Positions 1 to 6,635 of a DNA stretch of 10,061 nt are shown one piece after another. Within the stretch, counting starts at the first letter, position 1, and each line of letters begins with the position of its first letter. The position numbers and the translations under genes are program-made. The notes under the pieces were generated by a model. The model was given only the letters and a program-made list of their open reading frames with translations. It was not told the DNA's origin and did not search any database. Source of the stretch: Oligoflexales bacterium (GTDB lineage Bacteria > Bdellovibrionota_B > Oligoflexia > Oligoflexales > RGVZ01); assembly GCA_044236265.1 (NCBI GenBank), contig JBIIGV010000102.1, positions 1 to 10,061 on the forward strand, in the 5' to 3' direction.

Positions 1-1317
1 ATCGCCACCGTCTCCCTGGGCTCACTGCTCACCGGACAGACGATTTCAACATCTTTAGCGACAGCTTTCAGTCTTGCACAAATCGGTGAATTCTCGTTCA
101 TTATTGCAGGCGTGGGACTTTCGCTAAATGTCATAAGCCCATCGATTTATCCCATTATTGTGTGCGTGTCACTTGTCACAACATTCTTTACACCCTATCT
201 AATCAGATCCGCTCCAATGGCTGCATCCTTTATCGAAGCACGACTGCCTGATAACACTAAAGTTATCTTGGAACGCTTTCACGGGTGGTCACAACGCCAG
301 CTTCCAAATCTGAGCGGCCACGCAAAAGAAAACGGGATTCGATGGTTAGCAAACGCAGTTGTGGTCATCACGATTTTCATTGTATCCGAATCGAAGCTCC
401 TTCCATGGGTGTCAAAGCAAATTTCAAACAGTAAATACGAAGCCGCCCTGAGCTGGGGCGTCACGTTCGCTGTCTCATCACCGTTTATTTGGGCCATGTT
501 CACGGCATTTGACGACCGAAAACAGACGCAGATTCATCCCCTGGATCGTCGTCGCCAGAATGCGGTACGCATCGTCGGTATGTTTCTAAGCAAGGCGGCC
601 ACAGTTCTCATCGTCGGCGCCCTCAGCACTGAGTTCTTTTCGTTGAAGATAGCCATTGCGATTACGGTCGTAGCAAGCTTTGCCATTTTCCTAATTTTCA
701 GAAGAAAAATCGGTCTCTACTATCATACTATCGAAAACTCTTTTATTTCCGGAATTGGCAAAAAACCTTCTGAGCTTGGAGCCGCTCAACGGCATGCTCA
801 TTTGATACCATGGGACGCCCATCTTGCGGAACTTGTGGTTGGACCGCTGTCAAAATTCAGAGGGCAAAGGCTCATTGATCTTCAGATTAGAGAGCAATTT
901 GGCGTAAACATTATTGTGATTATAAGAGCCGAAGAGACTATCGTTGCCCCAAATGCAAAGGAAGTTATCTTCCCCCATGATACACTTTTGTGTTTTGGAA
1001 CAGATGAACAGCTAGAAAATTTGTCAAATGAGATCAATAGAGGTCAAGAGACTAATAGCCAAAGAACTGATAGTTCTAATTACGCCTTGCGACAGCTCGA
1101 TATACCTGAGATCTCTATTGTCACCGGAAAAACGATCAAAGAATCTGGGATTCGCGATGTCTTCAATTGTATGGTTGTTGGCGTAGAACGCATGGGTGCC
1201 CGCATTCAATCACCGGAGTCAACTCTCATGATTAAACCAGGCGACTCCATCTGGCTTGTGGGTGATGTAACAGACTTGGGGCGATTAAAAGACTCTCTTT
1301 CGCAGTCGCCCACTTAG
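1..1317 (+). CDS. Cation:proton antiporter, CPA2 family, with two C-terminal RCK_C (TrkA_C) domains; 5' partial
   Basis: Frame is open from base 1 (IATVSLGSLLTGQTISTSLATAFSLAQIGEFSFIIAGVG...), giving the CPA2 motif LAQIGEFSFIIA upstream of the track's GTG at 112. Further hydrophobic helices follow, then two RCK_C-like repeats (GQRLIDLQIREQFGVNIIVIIR...PHDTLLCFG; GKTIKESGIRDVFNCMVVGVER...PGDSIWLVG). Stop TAG 1315-1317. Confidence 0.9.
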   Translation: MATVSLGSLLTGQTISTSLATAFSLAQIGEFSFIIAGVGLSLNVISPSIYPIIVCVSLVTTFFTPYLIRSAPMAASFIEARLPDNTKVILERFHGWSQRQLPNLSGHAKENGIRWLANAVVVITIFIVSESKLLPWVSKQISNSKYEAALSWGVTFAVSSPFIWAMFTAFDDRKQTQIHPLDRRRQNAVRIVGMFLSKAATVLIVGALSTEFFSLKIAIAITVVASFAIFLIFRRKIGLYYHTIENSFISGIGKKPSELGAAQRHAHLIPWDAHLAELVVGPLSKFRGQRLIDLQIREQFGVNIIVIIRAEETIVAPNAKEVIFPHDTLLCFGTDEQLENLSNEINRGQETNSQRTDSSNYALRQLDIPEISIVTGKTIKESGIRDVFNCMVVGVERMGARIQSPESTLMIKPGDSIWLVGDVTDLGRLKDSLSQSPT

Positions 1318-2303
1318 TTGTGACCCTCCATAACCCAATTAACCACGAATTGATCCATCCAAAAACGTCCGAAGTCATGGCACTTTTTATTCGAGATCCA
1401 TGCAGCGTGACCGCCCTTGCGAGTGATCATCGTCTGACATTGGGAATTACGTGGTAACTTCACGAATGGCAGCGGATCAATGATTGGATCATCTTCTGCC
1501 GTCAACAACAAAGTCCGACATTTAATGTCACCGATTAACGGAGCAGCGCTACAGCGTCTATAATAATCTTGACCATTTAAAAAACCACTGACAGGGGCTA
1601 CATACATATCGTCAAGCCTTGCAAGCGATATCGGGCCCTTGTTCCATGATTCTGGTAGGGCAGTAACTTTCTCTGGAAACTGCGCATTGAGCGACCGAAT
1701 ATGCTGCACCAAACGACCCGTGAAATAACGATCAAAAAGAAAATTCTTCCAGTGTGAGAGTCGTTCTGAACAAAGCGCAAGATCAATCGGCGGCGAAACT
1801 GCGACAACGCTATCCAAAAATGCCGGACAATCAGATCCGTATTCACCAACCATTTTTAGCGTTGCATTTCCACCCAATGATATACCGATCTGGGTTATTG
1901 GGGAATTGGGGTGCCGATGCGCGATCCACTCGAGCACCGCTTTTGCATCGCCACTGCGACCGCTATGATAAATTCCGGAGGCAAGCCCTAATCCTGGACC
2001 GCATCCTCGCATGTTCATCCGAACGGTCAATATCCCACGGCGAACAAAAGCCGAGGCAAGCCGAACAAGGTGTGTCGAGTCCTCAGAGCCAGTTAAGCCG
2101 TGGACAAGAAAAACGACGCGCCCACCTTGCGTCCATGTCGGAGGGCGATTTTCAATAACTGATAAAAATCCGTCATCAGCAATCGAGACGTTGCAGCGCT
2201 CAACAATCCCACCTACGTTCTTCGTCTGGGGCCAGATAATGCTGGCAACCGTCTGCACGGCACCATGACTGACTGGGCGTAATGGCTGAAAAGAAGACGA
2301 CAT
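1314..2303 (-). CDS. YheT-like alpha/beta-fold hydrolase (esterase/lipase)
   Basis: HGLTGS oxyanion region, RGCG, YHSGRSGD, nucleophile elbow GISLGG, Asp in AEDDPII, His in GGHAAW. N-terminal HGAVQT resembles the family GHLQT motif. Catalytic triad appears intact. Confidence 0.88.
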   Translation of the reverse strand: MSSSFQPLRPVSHGAVQTVASIIWPQTKNVGGIVERCNVSIADDGFLSVIENRPPTWTQGGRVVFLVHGLTGSEDSTHLVRLASAFVRRGILTVRMNMRGCGPGLGLASGIYHSGRSGDAKAVLEWIAHRHPNSPITQIGISLGGNATLKMVGEYGSDCPAFLDSVVAVSPPIDLALCSERLSHWKNFLFDRYFTGRLVQHIRSLNAQFPEKVTALPESWNKGPISLARLDDMYVAPVSGFLNGQDYYRRCSAAPLIGDIKCRTLLLTAEDDPIIDPLPFVKLPRNSQCQTMITRKGGHAAWISNKKCHDFGRFWMDQFVVNWVMEGHN

Positions 2304-2315
2304 TAGCTGGCCAAC

Positions 2316-2699
2316 CTATCGAATTCTGAAGCAGTTATATGTGCACGGCAAGAATGTACGCGACCAGCAAGCATTGACAGCTGTTTTTGCTGCGAATAAC
2401 GCATCCCAATGAATCCAGTAAGTCCAAAAAGAGGGATTTGATACGGGCCATGCATTACATTGAAATAAAATTGGGTAGACCTGCGTTGATACGAATACGC
2501 TACCGATCTCTATCGCGGGACCTTGGGCTCCGACTCCACCAACTCCTTGATCAGCGATCGTCTGAGAAGGCTCGACAGATGTCGAGACGCTTGTCGAGTC
2601 GTTATTGCCTTTTAGGCGATTGGGAGGCGTGATGTCGCCACAACTAGACGCAGCGCCTACAAAAATAAACGTCAGCATGAATAAATAGATTTTAGACAT
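2316..2699 (-). CDS. Putative lipoprotein with Ser/Thr/Gly-rich linker and small C-terminal 4-Cys domain
   Basis: MSK + hydrophobic stretch + AASS-C20 (lipobox-like); low-complexity linker; C-terminal FQCNAW...AAKTAVNACWSRTFLPCTYNC. GAGGG SD upstream. Ends 12 nt before the hydrolase start on the same strand. Confidence 0.7.
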   Translation of the reverse strand: MSKIYLFMLTFIFVGAASSCGDITPPNRLKGNNDSTSVSTSVEPSQTIADQGVGGVGAQGPAIEIGSVFVSTQVYPILFQCNAWPVSNPSFWTYWIHWDALFAAKTAVNACWSRTFLPCTYNCFRIR

Positions 2700-2894
2700 T
2701 CAACGCCCTCTAAGGAAAAGTCTTACGGTGAAACTTCTAGCAACAAAGTCAGAGGGATGCCAGCCAATTCTTCGACGGAACGAACCCAGTTCTCACCAAG
2801 AATGCTCAAATCTGGGCCGACCCAGCAGATGATAAGAGGGCAATTTTAAACCACTCTTTCACCTGAATTTGGAAAACCACCAAACGCAGCTGAT

Positions 2895-2921
2895 TATAAC
2901 TAGCGATGATCCTACCGATAG
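2895..2921 (+). promoter_or_regulatory. Sigma28 (FliA/SigD)-like promoter upstream of the CheA-like gene
   Basis: TATA(2895-2898)-N15-ACCGATAG(2914-2921) versus consensus TAAA-N15-GCCGATAA; exact spacing, CCGATA core, 25 nt before a chemotaxis-type ATG. Confidence 0.6.
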
Positions 2922-2924
2922 TCC

Positions 2925-2940
2925 CCTCTGAACAGAGGAG
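2925..2940 (+). promoter_or_regulatory. Shine-Dalgarno AGAGGAG of CheA-like gene, partly within a short hairpin
   Basis: CCTCT-GAAC-AGAGG (2925-2938) overlaps AGAGGAG (2934-2940), which ends 6 nt before ATG 2947. Confidence 0.55.
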
Positions 2941-2946
2941 TCCCGA

Positions 2947-4785
2947 ATGCAGGATCGCGAATTCTTAGCGATATATTTGGAAGAAGCGGCAGAACTATTG
3001 GCGCGCTGGGAACACATTTGTCTGACGATGGAGAATAGTCCGAGCGAAAGTAGCATGAACGCGTTATTTGGTACAGTCAACACGCTTAAAGAAGGATGTC
3101 TAAGCGTCGGACTTGGAGAGATGGGACTGTTCATGAAACAGATCGAAGATGGCATCCTCTTCCTGAAAAAAAATCCTGAATTCGCAAAACCTGCTGTGTT
3201 TGCAATTGTGCTAGATTGTCACTCGTGTCTGATCAACTGGTTCCGAAATTTAAAATCAAACCCAAATTTTGTTGACCCAGAGGCAGTTCACCATCAGAAG
3301 AGACTTCAAGCAGCTATCAGCACACCAAACCGCACAGCGCATATTCCTAGCTCAGCTGCAGTCGAGAAAATTGAGACACAACAACCAGATCTAAAGATCG
3401 AAATAATGGAACCTAAAGCTGACGAACTGGCGGTGCAGACAGTAAAATCTGTAAGTGCACCAATTGAGCCAGAACGTACGCAGCCCGTTCAAGGGCCGGT
3501 CACAGAAAAGACCTCGATTGTAAAAATCGTCGACGTTGATAAGGACAGTTCCGTCGTTTCACCGGAGATAAAAACCAAAGCTGGCAAGCAGACAAACCCT
3601 CAGCGCGCTGCAGCCCCAGCCAACAGCATTAGAGTCAACCTGGACAAAATCGATCAACTCATTCGAATGATCAGGGATATCTCAATCCAACACACTATGA
3701 TCACCCAAGCAAGCGTTTGTGATGAAATTAAAAACCCGATTACGAAAGAGGCGATCAATTCAACAGCAGAGATTCTGAGGGATCTTCAAAAACAGGCCCT
3801 CTCTCTGAAAACAAAGTCGGCGGCAAGCCTTCTTATCCGCGTTGAAAATGAAGCACGAGACACTGCAAAGTCACAGTCTAAACGTGTAAAAATCAAAACA
3901 ACGGGTGATCAATTTGAAATAGACCGTGAGGTCCTCGATGACGCAAAGATCCTATTGGTTCAGTTGACGTGCAATATCGTCGACCTTTGCATAGAGTCTG
4001 AATTGGCACGGAAAACGTCTCGAAAACCACCAGTCGCTAATCTACTTTTTGAGATCATACCATCAGCCAATTTTGTCCGCTTCAGGGTATCCCATGATGG
4101 ACAAGGCATATCGCCAATGGATGTCAGAGATATTGCCATCAAAAATCAGCTCATAACAGCAGATAAATTCAGTACAGCCGAGGAGGCTCTGAAACTTCTT
4201 TGCGTCCCTCACATTTCAAAAGAGACAAAATCCGACGAAGCAGACGCCAGAGATTCCGAACTTCTGAGCGTTGTAGACATGTTAAGAAAGCTGAATGCTA
4301 AGCTTACGATAAATAATTCGCATAAAAACGGCCCCACATTTGTCATGGAAATCCCCTGTAAAGCGCCAATGATTGACGCCATCATTGTCTCAATCGCTGA
4401 TCGTTATTATGCGGTGCCAATCACTGACGTCAGGGAAGTGGTGGATTTGAGCACATATGTTGCAGACCTTAGCGATACAAAACCACTAACAATTAACCTT
4501 CGTGGCGAGTCACTACCTTTATTACACCTAGAATCGCTTGAGGATTTTTCACCGGGAAAGGCTTCCAACTCAAGACTTGCCATCATTGCCTCCCAAAGCG
4601 ATTCGAATGTGGCATTTATGATCGACAAAATTGTAGGACAGCAAACCGTGGTTTATCAACAGTTCGACCCCGATGTTAAGTCCACTCCTGGGTACACGGG
4701 GACCACCGTTCTCACAAATGGTCATCCTGCAATAATTGTCGAGCCGTCGCTGATTCCAATAACAAGACTAAAAAGGGCCAGCTAA
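2947..4785 (+). CDS. cheA: CheA-like protein (Hpt - linker - dimerisation - HATPase-like - CheW domain), predicted catalytically inactive
   Basis: EFLAIYLEEAAELL Hpt start; ALFGTVNTLKEG (canonical FRxxHTLKG); SIRVNLDKIDQL dimerisation start; QLTCNIVDLCIE N-box; VSHDGQGI G1; GPTFVMEIP G3; CheW-like YAVPITDVREV...INLRGESLPLLHL...IDKIVGQQTVV...GYTGTTVLTNGHPAIIVEP. Confidence 0.88.
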   Translation: MQDREFLAIYLEEAAELLARWEHICLTMENSPSESSMNALFGTVNTLKEGCLSVGLGEMGLFMKQIEDGILFLKKNPEFAKPAVFAIVLDCHSCLINWFRNLKSNPNFVDPEAVHHQKRLQAAISTPNRTAHIPSSAAVEKIETQQPDLKIEIMEPKADELAVQTVKSVSAPIEPERTQPVQGPVTEKTSIVKIVDVDKDSSVVSPEIKTKAGKQTNPQRAAAPANSIRVNLDKIDQLIRMIRDISIQHTMITQASVCDEIKNPITKEAINSTAEILRDLQKQALSLKTKSAASLLIRVENEARDTAKSQSKRVKIKTTGDQFEIDREVLDDAKILLVQLTCNIVDLCIESELARKTSRKPPVANLLFEIIPSANFVRFRVSHDGQGISPMDVRDIAIKNQLITADKFSTAEEALKLLCVPHISKETKSDEADARDSELLSVVDMLRKLNAKLTINNSHKNGPTFVMEIPCKAPMIDAIIVSIADRYYAVPITDVREVVDLSTYVADLSDTKPLTINLRGESLPLLHLESLEDFSPGKASNSRLAIIASQSDSNVAFMIDKIVGQQTVVYQQFDPDVKSTPGYTGTTVLTNGHPAIIVEPSLIPITRLKRAS

Positions 4786-4886
4786 GGAACTGTATGTTGG
4801 TAGATATAACAAAATATCAGAACACATCACATAGAGCAGCCTCAGCTGCATCATGGGATATAAAAAATCTGCGCAAAAGATCGCTC

Positions 4887-4906
4887 TTCCCCATTTGTAG
4901 GGGGAA
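4887..4906 (+). promoter_or_regulatory. Hairpin pairing with the SD of the MCP-like gene
   Basis: TTCCCC(4887-4892)-8 nt loop-GGGGAA(4901-4906); the G-run is the only SD-like element before ATG 4910. Confidence 0.45.
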
Positions 4907-4909
4907 CCC

Positions 4910-6601
4910 ATGAACCAAAACTGGGGCGTAAAATCTAGAATGTATGCCATGCTGGGCGGCTTGATTGCATTCGTCGCTGTTTGCGCATATTTTGTAACAG
5001 CAGACTTACTACGCCTGATGTCCGCCGTTGAAGACACAAGGCGCTCCAATGATTATCAGTATCTTACGAGTCAAGCCGACCTAGCGCTATCAGATCTAAG
5101 CATTCATGGTCTCGAGATGCTAAACGAGAGCCATGCGGATGATTTTAAGGGGTTCGAGAAATCTCGCTATGAAGCCCTGGCCCAATTCAAGGTCGTAATG
5201 GAAGGAAATATTGATAGGCTGACAAAAGATGCCGCCAGATTTGACGTGACCGCGTCAGCCTCCGGATTCAAAGATACGATGAATACATTGTATTCCGCCA
5301 TTGAGACTCTTGGGACTAGCGCGCGAACCCGACGATTAACTGAGGAAGACAATATAAAATTTGAAAAATCCATGCAGGATTTGCGTGCAAACGGACGCAA
5401 ACATCTAAATCAACTAATTGACGTCACCAGTGCAAACTTGATATCCGCCGTCGAGCGCCAGAAGGTTGCCAGTGAAAGTCTTCAAAAGACACTACTCGGA
5501 GTCATTCTCACAACTGTCTTCGTACTCATCGTATTCGGCGTTTTAAACGTACGGCGCATGCTTGGCATTCTGTCCAACGCACAGTCAACACTAGGTTCCG
5601 CGATTAAAGACATGACTCAAACAAGTGGCTTCCTATCGGAAGCCGCACAGAAGACATCGACATCTGCATCAAGCGTTAGCTCAAAGCTCGAAAGCTGCAT
5701 TGACACTCTATCTGATTTATCCTCAAGGCAACATCAAATTGATAAGCACAATTTGAAGGCAAAACATGCGCTTCGAGAAATTAACTCAAAAGTCGATGAG
5801 GTCAGTCGCCTCATTGGCACATTGAACAAATCCATTCAAAACGGGAAAAGTTTTCTGGACCGCATCGATCCACCTTCGCCGCCAGCACAAAATCTTAAAG
5901 CATGCTTACAGATGCTGGAGGATATTTCAAGAAAGAGTCAGCTTCTATCAATCAATGCCTCCATCGAGGCTGTCCGTGCAGGATCAAGCGGCAAAGGGTT
6001 TTCTGCGATTGCAAATGAGTTAAGCGTTCTCCATATTTTGAGCGGTAAAGTCATTAACGAGATGACTTTAGCTCTTCGCGAAACTCCATCACACGAACCG
6101 CATTTACAACACCAATTGACGTCCGAACTTGATAAGCTTGCAAAAATATCTTTCAGCGCCATTGAGCTTACAAACAACATTCGGCATACAACAGAATCTG
6201 TATTCGAAAAATCAGGCGAAATAGATCGCGCCCTACTCTCTCAACAAAGAGCCAGTCACTTCGTCGCGGATCTAGCGCATCATCTCAACAGGGATTACGA
6301 GATGATAAATGGGGCTGTGCGCGACAGCGCCCATCTAGGAACTCTGCTTATGAAACAATGCAAACAGATGCATTACGCTTCAGATCAATTCCAGGTTGTC
6401 TTGCATGGGGGAATTCCAATATCAAACCTTGCCGATATCAGGGAGCCGATCCCCGAGGCAAAGCCTAATGAAGCAGACCAGCAAGAGATTGACCCAAGAA
6501 TGGACAAAATACTAACGCTTGAGCCATCAGGCCCATCAGCCGATTTAAGCGAAAAAACTGACACACAGGATGACGAGCATTTCAAAAGCACTGGAAGCTA
6601 G
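4910..6601 (+). CDS. Methyl-accepting chemotaxis protein-like receptor (2 TM, helical periplasmic domain), divergent
   Basis: TM1 MLGGLIAFVAVCAYFVTA, helical periplasmic region of about 160 aa, TM2 LLGVILTTVFVLIVFGVL, and MCP hairpin tip SQLLSINASIEAVRAGSSGKGFSAIANEL (canonical [29 protein letters not shown]). Acidic, Pro-rich C-terminal tail. Confidence 0.88.
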   Translation: MNQNWGVKSRMYAMLGGLIAFVAVCAYFVTADLLRLMSAVEDTRRSNDYQYLTSQADLALSDLSIHGLEMLNESHADDFKGFEKSRYEALAQFKVVMEGNIDRLTKDAARFDVTASASGFKDTMNTLYSAIETLGTSARTRRLTEEDNIKFEKSMQDLRANGRKHLNQLIDVTSANLISAVERQKVASESLQKTLLGVILTTVFVLIVFGVLNVRRMLGILSNAQSTLGSAIKDMTQTSGFLSEAAQKTSTSASSVSSKLESCIDTLSDLSSRQHQIDKHNLKAKHALREINSKVDEVSRLIGTLNKSIQNGKSFLDRIDPPSPPAQNLKACLQMLEDISRKSQLLSINASIEAVRAGSSGKGFSAIANELSVLHILSGKVINEMTLALRETPSHEPHLQHQLTSELDKLAKISFSAIELTNNIRHTTESVFEKSGEIDRALLSQQRASHFVADLAHHLNRDYEMINGAVRDSAHLGTLLMKQCKQMHYASDQFQVVLHGGIPISNLADIREPIPEAKPNEADQQEIDPRMDKILTLEPSGPSADLSEKTDTQDDEHFKSTGS

Positions 6602-6607
6602 TAATCA

Positions 6608-6626
6608 GGGATACACAACGAATCCC
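6608..6626. terminator. Weak hairpin in the 34-nt gap between convergent genes
   Basis: GGGAT-N9-ATCCC; only 5 bp and no good U tract. Confidence 0.2.
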
Positions 6627-6635
6627 AAATTGCAT

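Noticed and set aside
279..2632. Short alternative-frame or antisense ORFs (279-503, 1024-1209, 1598-1849, 1754-2158, 2011-2268, 2387-2632)
   Set aside because: Nested in well-supported genes, with no motifs or RBS.
2700..2894. Possible c-di-GMP-I riboswitch or sigma54 promoter in the divergent intergenic region
   Set aside because: No GGCAAAC...GAAA...GGACGCAAAG core. The minus-strand TGGCAT...TTGCT pair has the wrong -24/-12 spacing. Only a small CTGGG-CCGA-CCCAG hairpin (2812-2825) is present.
4782..4807. Sigma28-like motif (CTAA-N14-GTAGATAT) before the MCP gene
   Set aside because: Lacks the CCGA core and has off spacing; too weak to call.
2947..6601. Calling the CheA-like and MCP-like genes pseudogenes
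   Set aside because: Both frames are full length with SD sequences despite extensive substitution; prolonged neutral decay would be expected to introduce stops or frameshifts. dN/dS is needed to exclude it fully.
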